Assembly: GCA_021531255.1 (NCBI GenBank)
Contig: JAFBIO010000004.1
Strand: one strand, 5' to 3'
DNA from: Allofournierella massiliensis
Lineage (GTDB): Bacteria > Bacillota > Clostridia > Oscillospirales > Ruminococcaceae
DNA length: 64,000 nt
In this document: in pieces, positions 16,795 through 26,677 of the stretch
Layout: every line of letters starts with the position of its first letter
Position numbering within the stretch: the first letter of the stretch is position 1
Notes under the pieces: generated by a model
Told to the model about the DNA's origin: nothing
Databases searched by the model: none
What the model saw: only the letters and a program-made list of their open reading frames with translations
Translations under genes and position numbers: made by a program

Positions 16795-17919
16795 ATGGCG
16801 TCCAAAGTGTATTTTACTGATTTTCGTACCTACGGCAAGGAAAGCCTGCCCCATAAGCTGCAGCGGCTGATCCGGGCGGCGGGCATCGGCGATATCGAGA
16901 TGAACAAGCAGTTTGTGGCTATCAAGATCCATTTCGGTGAGCCGGGCAACCTGTCCTACCTGCGGCCCCAGTATGCCCGGGCGGTGGCCGAGGTGGTGAA
17001 GGAGCAGGGCGGTCTGCCCTTCCTCACCGACTGCAACACCCTCTACCGGGGCAAGCGCAAGAATGCCCTGGATCATCTGGAAGCTGCCGCCGAAAACGGC
17101 TTCAATCCGGCCACCACCGGCTGCCAGATCCTGATTGCGGACGGCCTCAAAGGCACCGACGAGGTGCTGATCGATCTGCCGGATGGGGAGTATGTAAAGC
17201 AGGCCAAGGTGGGCCGGGCTCTCATGGATGCGGATATCCTCATCAGCCTGAACCATTTCAAAGGCCATGAGGCCACAGGGTTTGGCGGTGCCCTGAAAAA
17301 TATCGGCATGGGCGGCGGCAGCCGGGCCGGCAAGATGGAGCAGCACAACAGCGGCAAGCCCCAGGTGAATCAGAAAAAGTGTGTGGGCTGCCATGGATGC
17401 GAGCGGGCCTGCGGTCAGGACGCGGTGGCCTTTGGGCCGGACGGCAAGGCCCGGATCCTGGAAGACAAGTGCGTGGGCTGCGGCCGCTGCCTGGGCGCCT
17501 GCAACTTTGACGCGGTGTACAATGCCAACGGGCACGCCAACGAGATCCTGGATTACAAGATCGCCGAGTATGCGGCGGCCATCTGCCGGGGCCGGCCCCA
17601 TTTCCACATCAGCCTGATCGTCGATGTGAGCCCCCAGTGCGACTGCCACGCCGAGAACGACGCCCCCATCCTGCCCAACATCGGCATGCTGGCCAGCTTT
17701 GACCCGGTGGCTCTGGATGAGGCCTGCGCCGACCTGTGCAATGCCCAGCAGCCCCTGCCGGGCACCCTTCTGTGGGACGCCATGGCCCGCCCGGATTTCA
17801 CCGATCACCGCGACCACTTCACCAATACGGCCCCGGTCACCGACTGGCACTTCACCCAGATCCATGCGGAAAAGCTGGGCCTGGGCAGCCGGGAATATGA
17901 GCTGATCCGACTGAAATAA
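16795..17919 (+). CDS. DUF362 domain protein with 4Fe-4S ferredoxin-type cluster motifs
   Basis: RBS GGAGGAG. Two CxxCxxCxxxC-like motifs (CVGCHGCERAC, CVGCGRCLGAC). Confidence 0.8.
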   Translation: MASKVYFTDFRTYGKESLPHKLQRLIRAAGIGDIEMNKQFVAIKIHFGEPGNLSYLRPQYARAVAEVVKEQGGLPFLTDCNTLYRGKRKNALDHLEAAAENGFNPATTGCQILIADGLKGTDEVLIDLPDGEYVKQAKVGRALMDADILISLNHFKGHEATGFGGALKNIGMGGGSRAGKMEQHNSGKPQVNQKKCVGCHGCERACGQDAVAFGPDGKARILEDKCVGCGRCLGACNFDAVYNANGHANEILDYKIAEYAAAICRGRPHFHISLIVDVSPQCDCHAENDAPILPNIGMLASFDPVALDEACADLCNAQQPLPGTLLWDAMARPDFTDHRDHFTNTAPVTDWHFTQIHAEKLGLGSREYELIRLK

Positions 17920-17931
17920 CCCATAAACGGC

Positions 17932-17969
17932 AAAAGCGCCGGCCCTGTAAAAAGGGCCGGCGCTTTTTT
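17932..17969. terminator. Bidirectional terminator
   Basis: aaaagcgccggccc...gggccggcgctttttt. Confidence 0.8.
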
Positions 17970-17978
17970 GTAGGCAAC

Positions 17979-18914
17979 TTAAAGGGGCGGCAGAACTCTG
18001 CTCAGCGCCTGCAGGAACTGGCGCACCACGGGCCGGGGATTTTTGGAGTAGAGAAGGCCGTAGGGCATGGCATATTCCCAGTCCACCGGGAGGGTCACCA
18101 GGGAAGGGTGGATATCCTTCCAGCATTCCAGGTTCAGCAACAGGCAGTTCTGCTGTACGCATTGGTTAAAAACCCGGATGTCATAGAACTGGCCCGCATC
18201 CACCAGCCGGATCTGGGGGTGATGGGTCTCCAGATCCTCCCGAAGCCGGTCGTTGAGGGGCGAATCCCCCCGCCGCACCATCATCAGGGTCTCTCCGTGC
18301 AGGTCTTCCAGCCGGAGCTTATCCCGGCGAGCCAGGGGATGGCCCAGGGGCACCGAGATACATTTTTTATAATGGCCCAGGGGGTAAAAGCCGCACCGCT
18401 CCCGCCACTGGGCCGAATCACAAACCCCCACAATAAAATCAAACTGCCGGCCCAGCTGGTCCAGAACCGAGAGGATGGTTTCCTGGTCGTCCTCAAAAGG
18501 CAGTACCCGCAGCCGGAACCGGGGAAAGCGGCTTTCCAGCCGGCCCCACACATCCATCAGGGCCTTGCAGGGGTTCAGCATGGAGGTGCCTACCCGCAGC
18601 TCCAACTGGGGATTCCCGGCCAGCTTCCGGGCCTTTTCCAGGGCGCTGCGGGAATATTCCGCCAGATACAAAGCGTCCCGGTACAGGGCTTCCCCCGCCG
18701 GCGTCAGCTTTACGCCCTGGTGGGTGCGTTCCAGCAGCTGGAGATCCAGCAGTTTTTCCAGGCTGTCCAGCTGCTTTTTCACCGCCGTGGGGGAGAGAAA
18801 GAGCTTTTCGGCCGCCCGGCTTAGGCTGCCGCAGTCCGCCGCGCAGACAAAGGTATCCAGCAAAGGATGATACAGCAAGATCTTTCCCTCCCGTTTGGTG
18901 TATTCCCAAGGCAA
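17979..18914 (-). CDS. LysR family transcriptional regulator
   Basis: N-terminal HTH (LDTFVCAADCGSLSRAAEKLFLSPTAVKKQLDSLE) plus a substrate-binding domain. The exact start is uncertain; ATG 18914 gives a short N-terminal extension. Confidence 0.8.
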   Translation of the reverse strand: MPWEYTKREGKILLYHPLLDTFVCAADCGSLSRAAEKLFLSPTAVKKQLDSLEKLLDLQLLERTHQGVKLTPAGEALYRDALYLAEYSRSALEKARKLAGNPQLELRVGTSMLNPCKALMDVWGRLESRFPRFRLRVLPFEDDQETILSVLDQLGRQFDFIVGVCDSAQWRERCGFYPLGHYKKCISVPLGHPLARRDKLRLEDLHGETLMMVRRGDSPLNDRLREDLETHHPQIRLVDAGQFYDIRVFNQCVQQNCLLLNLECWKDIHPSLVTLPVDWEYAMPYGLLYSKNPRPVVRQFLQALSRVLPPL

Positions 18915-19058
18915 AGCATAAACTTTTGGTTAATACCATTGTAAAACTTCGGAAATTCCCCGTCAAGAAAGAAGGCGCTACAATACTTATAATAAAAGGA
19001 TCATCGGCAGGGCCAACCGCTCCGGCGCGGCCCTTGGGAAAAGAAGGAGAGAGGCTGC

Positions 19059-19460
19059 ATGGAAGAAAAAATCCAGAGTGTCTTCCCCATGGGGGAGAAA
19101 AACGAGGCGTTCGGCCGGTATTTTATCGGGCAGAGCTACCTGAACATGCTCACCACCCAGGGGGTGAGCATCGGCAACGTGACCTTTGAGCCGGGCTGCC
19201 GGAATAACTGGCATATCCACCACAAGGGCGGCCAGATCCTGCTGGTGACAGCGGGCCGGGGCTATTACCAGGAGTGGGGGCAGGAAGCCCGGGAACTCAA
19301 GCCCGGCGATGTGGTCCAGATCCCGCCCGAGGTCAAGCATTGGCACGGCGCGGCGCCGGATAGCTGGTTTGCCCATCTGGCGGTGGAAGTACCGGCGCCG
19401 GGGGCCAGCAATGAGTGGCTGGAGCCGGTTTCGCAGCAGGAGTACGGCAAGCTGAAATAA
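19059..19460 (+). CDS. Cupin domain protein
   Basis: Cupin His motifs (NWHIHHKGGQILLV..., HWHGA). Divergent from the LysR gene. Confidence 0.75.
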   Translation: MEEKIQSVFPMGEKNEAFGRYFIGQSYLNMLTTQGVSIGNVTFEPGCRNNWHIHHKGGQILLVTAGRGYYQEWGQEARELKPGDVVQIPPEVKHWHGAAPDSWFAHLAVEVPAPGASNEWLEPVSQQEYGKLK

Positions 19461-19474
19461 AAGGAGAGAGAAAT

Positions 19475-19798
19475 ATGGAAAAGGTAACGGCAGGCCGGGA
19501 GGCCATGGGCTGTTTCGCGCCCAAATTTGCGGAACTGAATGACGATGTGCTGTTTGGCCAGGTGTGGAGCCGGGAAGAGAAACTCTCCACCCGGGACCGG
19601 TGCCTGATCACGGTGGCGGCGCTGATGGCCAGTGGAATTCTGGATAGTTCCCTCCAGTTCCATATCCAGAACGCCAAAAACAACGGGATCACCCGGGAGG
19701 AGATGACCGAGGCGCTGACCCAGCTGGCCTTTTATGCCGGCTGGCCCAAGGCCTGGGCAGCACTGCGGATGGCCAAAGAGGTATACGGCGAAGAATAA
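19475..19798 (+). CDS. Carboxymuconolactone decarboxylase (CMD/AhpD-like) family protein
   Basis: RBS AAGGAGAG. CMD-family fold motifs (LSTRDRCLITVAAL, GITREEMTEALTQLAFYAGWP). Confidence 0.75.
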   Translation: MEKVTAGREAMGCFAPKFAELNDDVLFGQVWSREEKLSTRDRCLITVAALMASGILDSSLQFHIQNAKNNGITREEMTEALTQLAFYAGWPKAWAALRMAKEVYGEE

Positions 19799-19804
19799 GC
19801 ATCA

Positions 19805-19846
19805 GCCGGGGGCAGGCCGAAAGGCCGGCCCCCGGCCGATCTTTTG
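19805..19846 (+). terminator. Rho-independent terminator
   Basis: gccgggggcaggccgaaaggccggcccccggc hairpin followed by ATCTTTT. Confidence 0.7.
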
Positions 19847-20040
19847 GTAATTTTTCTGTAAAAAGCAGAAAAACAAGGGCCAAACAGACCGGATTCGTCC
19901 TTTCCCTGCCTTGAGAAACAGCGAGGATTTGTGGTACACTAAGATTGTTGAAAAGCTATAAAATTGAACAGAAAGAATTGTGTGTTTTGCCGGAGGACAG
20001 GGCAAGGGTTTGCCCGGCCGGCAAGGGAGGGGATGTTTTT

Positions 20041-21786
20041 ATGAGAAAAACCAAGATTGTGTGTACCATGGGTCCTTCCACCCAGGATGAAAACGTACTG
20101 CGCCAGCTGATGCTGTCCGGCATGGCGGTGGCCCGGTTCAATTTTTCCCACGGTGACCATGCCAGCCATCAGGCCATGCTGGATAAGGTGGTGCGCCTTC
20201 GCCAGGAGCTGGGCCTGCCCATTGCCACCATGCTGGATACCAAGGGCCCGGAGATCCGCCTGGGTATCTTCCGGGAGGGCAAGGTGTTCCTGAAAAAGGG
20301 GAACAGCTTTACCCTGTACGGCCAGGAGCATGAAGGGGATGAAGAGGGCGTTTCCATCAGTTACCCCGGCCTGGCCCAGGATGTGAGCGAGGGCTCCACC
20401 ATCCTGCTGGATGACGGCCTGATCGAGCTCACTGTGGAGCAGGTGCAGGATGGGAACATCCGCTGCCGGATCATGAACGACGGCACGGTGAGCAATACCA
20501 AGGGGGTAAACGTGCCCGGGGCGCATCTGTCCATGCCCTTTATCAGCGCCAAGGACCGGGAGGATATCCTCTTCGGCATCCGCAGCGGCTTTGATTTTAT
20601 TGCCGCCAGCTTTGTGCGCACCGCCTCGGATGTGCTGGAGATCCGGCAGATCTGCGATGAGAACGACGGCCACGGCATCAATATCATTGCCAAGATCGAA
20701 AACCAGGAGGGCGTGGAAAACATCGATTCCATCATCCAGGCCTCCGACGGCATTATGGTGGCCCGGGGCGATATGGGTGTGGAGATCCCTCTGGAAGAGG
20801 TGCCTGTGCTCCAGAAAGAGCTGGTCAAGAAGGTTTACGACGCGGGCAAGCAGGTGATCACCGCCACCCAGATGCTGGACAGCATGATCAAGAACCCCCG
20901 CCCCACCCGGGCGGAAGCCACCGACGTGGCCAATGCCATCTACGACGGCACCAGTGCCATCATGCTCAGCGGCGAGACGGCTGCCGGCGCTTACCCGGTG
21001 GAGGCCGTGCGCACCATGGCCCGGATCGCCGAGCGCACCGAGCAGGATATCGATTACCGCAAGCGCTTCAAGCTGCGGGAGGTGGATGCCAACCCGGATG
21101 TGACCGCTGCCATCAGCCACGCCACCTGCACCACCGCCCACGACCTGGGGGCGGCTGCCATCATCACCGTGACCAAGAGCGGCCGCACTGCCCGAATGAT
21201 CTCCAAGTTCCGGCCCAGCTGCCCCATCATCGGTTTTTCTATGGACGAGCGGATCTGCCGTCAGCTCAACCTTTCCTGGGGCGTTACCCCGCTTCTCATT
21301 GAGGAAAAGGCCAGTACCGACGAGCTGTTCGACCATGCGGTGGACAGCGCCGAGAAGGCAGGCCTGGTCAAGAGCGGCGAGCTGGTGGCCATCACCGCCG
21401 GTGTGCCCCTGGGCGTATCCGGCACCACCAATATGATGAAGGTGCATGTGGTGGGCCATGTGCTGGTCACTGGCCGGGGCGTTACCAAGAAGAAGGTGTG
21501 CGCCCGGCTCTGCGTCTGTGCCGATCTGGCCCAGGCCCAGAAGGAATTCCGGGATGGGGATATCCTGGTAGCCGAGCAGACCTCCAACGAGATGCTGCCC
21601 CTGCTGCGGCGGGCCGGCGGTATCATCACCGAGCAGAACGGGATGAACAGCCACGGCGCCATCGTGGGCCTCAGCCTGGATCTTCCGGTGCTGGTGGGCG
21701 CGGCCGGCGCGGTGAGCCTGCTGCACACCGGTGCCGTGGTCACGCTGGACGGCGAGCGGGGCGTGGTCCTGGCCGGCGAGCAGTGA
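20041..21786 (+). CDS. pyk: Pyruvate kinase (with C-terminal PEP-utilising mobile domain)
   Basis: MRKTKIVCTMGP...FNFSHG, catalytic K/T motifs, and a C-terminal EQTSNEMLPLLRRAGGIITEQNGMNSHGAIV domain. Confidence 0.92.
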   Translation: MRKTKIVCTMGPSTQDENVLRQLMLSGMAVARFNFSHGDHASHQAMLDKVVRLRQELGLPIATMLDTKGPEIRLGIFREGKVFLKKGNSFTLYGQEHEGDEEGVSISYPGLAQDVSEGSTILLDDGLIELTVEQVQDGNIRCRIMNDGTVSNTKGVNVPGAHLSMPFISAKDREDILFGIRSGFDFIAASFVRTASDVLEIRQICDENDGHGINIIAKIENQEGVENIDSIIQASDGIMVARGDMGVEIPLEEVPVLQKELVKKVYDAGKQVITATQMLDSMIKNPRPTRAEATDVANAIYDGTSAIMLSGETAAGAYPVEAVRTMARIAERTEQDIDYRKRFKLREVDANPDVTAAISHATCTTAHDLGAAAIITVTKSGRTARMISKFRPSCPIIGFSMDERICRQLNLSWGVTPLLIEEKASTDELFDHAVDSAEKAGLVKSGELVAITAGVPLGVSGTTNMMKVHVVGHVLVTGRGVTKKKVCARLCVCADLAQAQKEFRDGDILVAEQTSNEMLPLLRRAGGIITEQNGMNSHGAIVGLSLDLPVLVGAAGAVSLLHTGAVVTLDGERGVVLAGEQ

Positions 21787-21807
21787 TCGGTTCTTCTTAA
21801 AGAATAA

Positions 21808-21850
21808 AAAAGCCCCCGGCCGGGGTAAAACCGGCCGGGGACTTTTTGTG
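21808..21850. terminator. Bidirectional terminator between pyk and the lipoprotein gene
   Basis: aaaaagcccccggccgggg-taaaa-ccggccggggac followed by TTTTTGTGTTTT. Confidence 0.8.
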
Positions 21851-21864
21851 TTTTGGGCAGAAAT

Positions 21865-22443
21865 TCAGGCGCTTTCCCCCAGGATTACGGTGTCCAACAC
21901 CTTGGCCAGGGGGTCAAAGGCCTGGCTGTCGGGCTGAGCCGGGTCCAGGCTGGCGCCGGCATCTTCCAGAATGGGGGCATTGGCGGTCGGGTCCTGGATC
22001 AGGGCCTGGGCGGAATCCCGCACCATGGGCCAGCTTTCCGCCAGATTCTCCCGCTCCTCCTGGGTGCAGCTGCCGTACCAGGCCGTGACCCAGACGGTGA
22101 GCTGTTCCTCATCCACCTGGGTGTGGGCGGCGCTCCAGTTCAGCAGATCCGCCGCCCGGGCCATGCCGGAAAGGCTGCTGCCCGCCGTGCCCGGGCCAAA
22201 GCCCAGCATCCCGCTGAGGATTTCCTCCAAGCCGTCGGAGGAGGGAGCGGGCGTTTCGGTGGGTGTGGGTGTGGCAGTGGGCTCCTGCGGCTGAGAAGAA
22301 GCCGCGGAGGAGGCAGGGGCGGAGGAGGCCGGCTCACTGAGGGAAGAAGCCGAGGCCCCGCAGCCGGCCAGCAGCAGGGCAAGGGCAAGAGTCAGGGTAA
22401 AAAGCAGGGTACCGAACCGGGAAAATCGTTTCAAACAGATCAT
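21865..22443 (-). CDS. Hypothetical lipoprotein
   Basis: Signal peptide with lipobox LLAGC, then a low-complexity Ser/Ala/Pro/Thr linker. Confidence 0.6.
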   Translation of the reverse strand: MICLKRFSRFGTLLFTLTLALALLLAGCGASASSLSEPASSAPASSAASSQPQEPTATPTPTETPAPSSDGLEEILSGMLGFGPGTAGSSLSGMARAADLLNWSAAHTQVDEEQLTVWVTAWYGSCTQEERENLAESWPMVRDSAQALIQDPTANAPILEDAGASLDPAQPDSQAFDPLAKVLDTVILGESA

Positions 22444-22606
22444 CCTTTCCTTTCGGCGCGCAGGGGCGCCGGTGTTTTCCGGGCAAGGGCGCAGGGCCTT
22501 TGCTCCCTTATTATACCACCTTTTGGCAACAATCTGTGCCGAAGGAGGGCAAATATGCTATAATGGCCCTACAACAGGGCCCGGAGGGGAGAAAGGTTGG
22601 GAAAAG

Positions 22607-23908
22607 ATGGATGCAAAGCTGCAGGATCTGTTTGAGTATCTGAACGAGGGGGTCAGCCCCTTCCATGCGGTGGCGGGCACGGCCCGGCGGTTGGAAGAGG
22701 CCGGCTTTGAAAAGCTGGAAGAGGGGCGGCTCTGGGCCCTTCAGCCGGGGGGGCGGTATTACCTGACCCGCAACGGCAGCAGTCTGATCGCCTTCTGGCT
22801 GCCGGCCCAGGCGCCCGCTTCCTGGCGGATGAGCGCCGCCCACAGCGATAGCCCCACCTTCCGGGTCAAAAAGACTCAAGGCCGCAGCCTGGCCGGCTGG
22901 CAGCGGCTGGCGGTAGAAAGCTACGGCGGCCTTGCCCTGCCCTCCTGGCTGGACCGGCCACTGGGGCTGGCCGGCCGGGTCCTGGTGCGCACGCCCCGGG
23001 GGCTGGAACCCCGGCTGGTGCGCAGCGAGGGCGCTGTCTGTGTGATCCCCTCCCTCTGCGTCCATTTTGATGAGGCCCGCGGCAAGGGCCGGGCGCTGGC
23101 CCCGGCTTCGGAGCTGCAGCCGGTCTGGGCGGCAGAGGGGGCCCCCACCCCGGCGGACTGGCTGGCCGGGCAGCTGGGGGTGGAAAAAGAGGAGATCCTG
23201 GATGCGGACCTGACCCTTTTCCCGCTCCAGCCGGCTACTCTGTTGGGGGAGAGCGGGCTCTTCCTCAGCCCCCGCATTGATGACCTGGAATCTGCCTGGG
23301 CCTGCCTGCGGGGATTTTTGGCCGGCGCCCCCGGCACCTATACCGGGCGGCTGTTCTGCCTGTTTGATAACGAGGAAGTGGGCAGCAGCACCCGGCAGGG
23401 AGCTGAAAGCGCCTTCCTGGCCCAGGTGCTGGAACGGATCGGGGAGGCCCTGGGCCGCAGCCGGCAGCAGAGCGCGGCAGCCCTGGCGGCCAGCCTTCTG
23501 CTCAGCGCCGACAACGGTCACGCCGCCCACCCCAACCACCCCGACAAGGCCGACCCGGAAAACCCGGTGGTGCTGGGCAAGGGGCTGCTGCTGAAATACA
23601 GCGCCAACCAGCGGTACACCACCAGCGGCCTTACCGGGGCCCTGGCGGGGGAGATCTTCCGGCGGGCAGGGGTGCCGGTGCAGCGATTCACCAACCGGGC
23701 CGACCTGTCCGGCGGCAGCACCCTGGGCAACCTGCTGGGGCACACGGTCAGCCTGCCCATGGCGGATGTGGGCGCCCCCCAGTGGGCCATGCATTCCTGC
23801 GTGGAGACCGCCCACACCGGGGACGCCCTGGCCCTGTACCAGGGGTTGGAGGCCTTTTATGCCTCGGAATTCCTGCTGGAAGGGGACGGCTCCTACCAGC
23901 TGAAGTAA
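22607..23908 (+). CDS. M18 family aminopeptidase
   Basis: M18/M42 metal ligand motifs (SAAHSDSPTFRVK, FDNEEVGS, HSCVET). Confidence 0.8.
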   Translation: MDAKLQDLFEYLNEGVSPFHAVAGTARRLEEAGFEKLEEGRLWALQPGGRYYLTRNGSSLIAFWLPAQAPASWRMSAAHSDSPTFRVKKTQGRSLAGWQRLAVESYGGLALPSWLDRPLGLAGRVLVRTPRGLEPRLVRSEGAVCVIPSLCVHFDEARGKGRALAPASELQPVWAAEGAPTPADWLAGQLGVEKEEILDADLTLFPLQPATLLGESGLFLSPRIDDLESAWACLRGFLAGAPGTYTGRLFCLFDNEEVGSSTRQGAESAFLAQVLERIGEALGRSRQQSAAALAASLLLSADNGHAAHPNHPDKADPENPVVLGKGLLLKYSANQRYTTSGLTGALAGEIFRRAGVPVQRFTNRADLSGGSTLGNLLGHTVSLPMADVGAPQWAMHSCVETAHTGDALALYQGLEAFYASEFLLEGDGSYQLK

Positions 23909-23920
23909 AAGGAGGAGACA

Positions 23921-24862
23921 ATGGCAACCGGACGTTTTGCCCCCTCGCCCTCGGGGCGGCTGCACCTGGGCAATCTGGGCTGCAGTCTGCTGGCCTGGCT
24001 TTCGGCCCGGGCCGAAGGGGGACGGGTCATCCTCCGTATTGAGGACCTGGATGCGGAGCGCTGCCCCCGCCGCTATGCGGACCTGCTGGAAGAGGACCTG
24101 CTCTGGCTGGGGCTGGATTGGGACGAGGGCGGTTCCCGAGGCGGCCCCCGGGGCCCCTACTACCAAAGCGAGCGAAGTGAGATCTACCGCCGGTATTTTG
24201 ACTGGTTGGCGGAACAGGGAATGCTCTATCCCTGCTTTTGCAGCCGCAGCCAGCTCCATGCCGCCAGCGCCCCCCACCGGTCGGATGGGCAGGTGATCTA
24301 TCCGGGTACCTGCCGAAACCTGAGCCCGGAGGAGATCCGGGAAAAATCCAAAAAGAAGCCCCCTGCCTGGCGGGTCCGGGTACCGGATGCGGAACTCTCC
24401 TTTGTGGATGGCCACCTGGGCCCCTACAAGGAAAACCTGGCCGCCGACTGCGGGGATTTTTACCTGCGGCGGGGGGATGGGGTGTATGCCTATCAGCTGG
24501 CCGTGGTGGTGGATGACGCCCTCATGGGGGTGGATCAGGTGGTGCGGGGCAGTGACCTGCTCTCCAGCACCCCCCGCCAGATCTGGCTTTACCAGACGCT
24601 GGGCCTGCCTGTGCCCCGTTTTTTCCATCTGCCTCTTTTGCTGGATTCGGCAGGGGAGCGGCTTTCCAAGCGCAACGGCAGCCAGAGCCTGGAAGAACTG
24701 GCCGGCCGATATACCCCGGAGGAAATTTTGGGGCGGCTGGCCTGTCTGTACGGGCTGCAGCCCGAGCCAAAGCCCCGCACCGCGGCCAGCCTGGTGGCGG
24801 ATTTTGCCTGGGATAAGGTGCCCCGGCAGGATATCCGGATTCCTCAAGGCTGGTTTGAATAA
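23921..24862 (+). CDS. gluQ: tRNA glutamyl-Q(34) synthetase (truncated GluRS paralog, YadB)
   Basis: RFAPSPSGRLHLGNL HIGH-class motif and LSKR (KMSKS-like). About 300 aa with no anticodon-binding domain. Confidence 0.85.
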   Translation: MATGRFAPSPSGRLHLGNLGCSLLAWLSARAEGGRVILRIEDLDAERCPRRYADLLEEDLLWLGLDWDEGGSRGGPRGPYYQSERSEIYRRYFDWLAEQGMLYPCFCSRSQLHAASAPHRSDGQVIYPGTCRNLSPEEIREKSKKKPPAWRVRVPDAELSFVDGHLGPYKENLAADCGDFYLRRGDGVYAYQLAVVVDDALMGVDQVVRGSDLLSSTPRQIWLYQTLGLPVPRFFHLPLLLDSAGERLSKRNGSQSLEELAGRYTPEEILGRLACLYGLQPEPKPRTAASLVADFAWDKVPRQDIRIPQGWFE

Positions 24863-24907
24863 ATACGAATTGTATAATATATAAAAAATAAACAGGGAGG
24901 CGGCAGC

Positions 24908-25675
24908 ATGAACCAGAAATGGCAGGCAGAAGAATATACAAAAGGTTTTTCTTTTGTGTATCAATACGGTGAGAATATTCTCTCCCTGATCGATCTGCCC
25001 AAGGGCTCTTTCTGCCTGGACCTGGGCTGCGGCAACGGCGCCCTGACCCGCCGCCTGCAGGAACAGGGATACCGGGTGCTGGGACTGGATGCCAGCGGCG
25101 AGATGGTGAGCAAGGCCGCAGCGGATTACCCGGACCTGACCTTCCGGCAGGCAGATGCCCGCACCTTCCTGCTGGAAGAGGCGGCAGACTGTATTTTTTC
25201 CAACGCGGTTTTTCACTGGATCGACGAGGCGGATCAGCCGGCCCTGGCCCAAAACCTGTACCGGAACCTTCGGCCCGGCGGGCAGCTGGTCTGCGAGTTT
25301 GGCGGCAAGGGCAATACCGGGGCCATCTTGGCCGAGTTGGGCCGGCAGCTGGCCGGGCAGGGGATGGAATACCGGCATGGTTTCTATTTTCCGTCTCTGG
25401 GCCATCATGCCGCCCTGTTGGAAGAAGCGGGCTTTTCGGTGCGCCAGGCCTGGCTGTTCCGGCGGCCCACCCCCCTTGCCGGTGGAGAAGAGGGGCTGCG
25501 GAACTGGGTGCGGATGTTTGCCGGGGAACAGCTTGGCAGATTGGAGCCGGCCCGGCAGGAGCAGGCGCTGGCCGGGATGGAGGCAGTTCTTCGCCCCTAT
25601 CTGTGGGACCCGGAAAAAAGCTGCTGGGTGGCCGACTATGTGCGGCTGCGGCTGCAGGCTGTGCGGGAAGATTGA
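24908..25675 (+). CDS. Class I SAM-dependent methyltransferase (trans-aconitate methyltransferase-like)
   Basis: LDLGCGNG motif I followed by a Rossmann-fold pattern. Confidence 0.8.
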   Translation: MNQKWQAEEYTKGFSFVYQYGENILSLIDLPKGSFCLDLGCGNGALTRRLQEQGYRVLGLDASGEMVSKAAADYPDLTFRQADARTFLLEEAADCIFSNAVFHWIDEADQPALAQNLYRNLRPGGQLVCEFGGKGNTGAILAELGRQLAGQGMEYRHGFYFPSLGHHAALLEEAGFSVRQAWLFRRPTPLAGGEEGLRNWVRMFAGEQLGRLEPARQEQALAGMEAVLRPYLWDPEKSCWVADYVRLRLQAVRED

Positions 25676-25714
25676 AAAAGGCGGGAGCGCCCGAAAGCGC
25701 CCCGCCTTTTTTAT
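25676..25714 (+). terminator. Rho-independent terminator
   Basis: aaaaaggcgggagcgcccgaaagcgccccgcc followed by TTTTTT. Confidence 0.85.
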
Positions 25715-25852
25715 ATAAAAGAAAACTTGAAAGTGGTTCAGAAAAGGATGCCCGCCGCTTAACTGCGCCTCTCTTGTGAGCAGGGAGGGGATGGGTTGCA
25801 ATAAACGCAAACCAGCGCGCGGGTCAGATTTTAGAATGGGAGGGAAAACCCC

Positions 25853-26629
25853 TTGGAAGCCACACAAAAGAAAATCGGCGCCCAGATCGCCGCCCTGCAG
25901 CGGGCCAAGGGCCTTACGCAGGAGCAGTTGGCAGAGATGTTGGGCGTTTCGGCCCCGGCGGTGAGCAAGTGGGAGACCGACAGCTCTGACCCGGATATCA
26001 CCCTGCTATGCCCCCTGGCCCGGGCCCTGGGCACCAATCTGGATACTCTGCTGCAGTTTGAGGAAGATCTGCCGGACAAAGAGGTGATTGACCGCATCAA
26101 CGCCCTGACGGAACAGACCCTAGCTGAGGGCAGCCCAAACGGCTGGAAAAAGGCGGAAGAAGGGCTGGAAGAGCTGCTTTGCCGCTGGCTCGGCTGCGCC
26201 CTGCTGCTGTACAATGGGGCCGCCGTCTATGATACCCTGCGGGTCTTTTTCCCCGGGGCAGGGGAAGAAAATTTTGCCCGCTGGCGGGCCCGCAAGCGAA
26301 ATCTGCTGGAAAGGGTGCGGGCCTTTGGCTTTTTGGATACAAGCAACGGCTTCCTGATGGAATGGCATCTTCGGCAGGGCCAGGCCGAAAAAGCGGCGGA
26401 ATACTTTGCCGCCTATGTGGAAGCCCCTACCGGCCCGGCGGTGTACCCCAGCGAAACCCTTTTCAGCCCGGGGCTGGGGTTTAAGAAAAAGGAGGAGCAG
26501 ATGGCGGCCTTTCGGGAGATGCGCCGGATGCTCTGGGAAGAGATCCAAAAAGAGGAGCGATGCCGCCCCATGCGGGGGCTGCCCGTTTTTGAAAAGGCCC
26601 TGGAGAAACTGGGCCAGAGCCTGGCATAG
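25853..26629 (+). CDS. XRE family HTH transcriptional regulator with C-terminal TPR-like domain
   Basis: Probable TTG start after RBS GGGAGGG. HTH LTQEQLAEMLGVSAPAVSKWE. Confidence 0.6.
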   Translation: MEATQKKIGAQIAALQRAKGLTQEQLAEMLGVSAPAVSKWETDSSDPDITLLCPLARALGTNLDTLLQFEEDLPDKEVIDRINALTEQTLAEGSPNGWKKAEEGLEELLCRWLGCALLLYNGAAVYDTLRVFFPGAGEENFARWRARKRNLLERVRAFGFLDTSNGFLMEWHLRQGQAEKAAEYFAAYVEAPTGPAVYPSETLFSPGLGFKKKEEQMAAFREMRRMLWEEIQKEERCRPMRGLPVFEKALEKLGQSLA

Positions 26630-26630
26630 C

Positions 26631-26669
26631 AAAAAACGGCACAGCCTTTGAGGGCTGTGCCGTTTTTTT
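26631..26669. terminator. Bidirectional terminator
   Basis: aaaaaacggcacagccc-tttgag-ggctgtgccgttttttt. Confidence 0.85.
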
Positions 26670-26677
26670 GTGTGGGA

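Noticed and set aside
19939-21726. 595-aa ORF antisense to pyk
   Set aside because: Shadow ORF of a GC-rich gene, with no homology-like features. pyk on the + strand is unambiguous.
22511-25867. 1118-aa minus-strand ORF spanning the aminopeptidase, gluQ and methyltransferase genes
   Set aside because: It crosses three well-supported + strand genes and two intergenic regions. It has a Pro/Gly/Ala-rich composition. It is an artefact of high GC.
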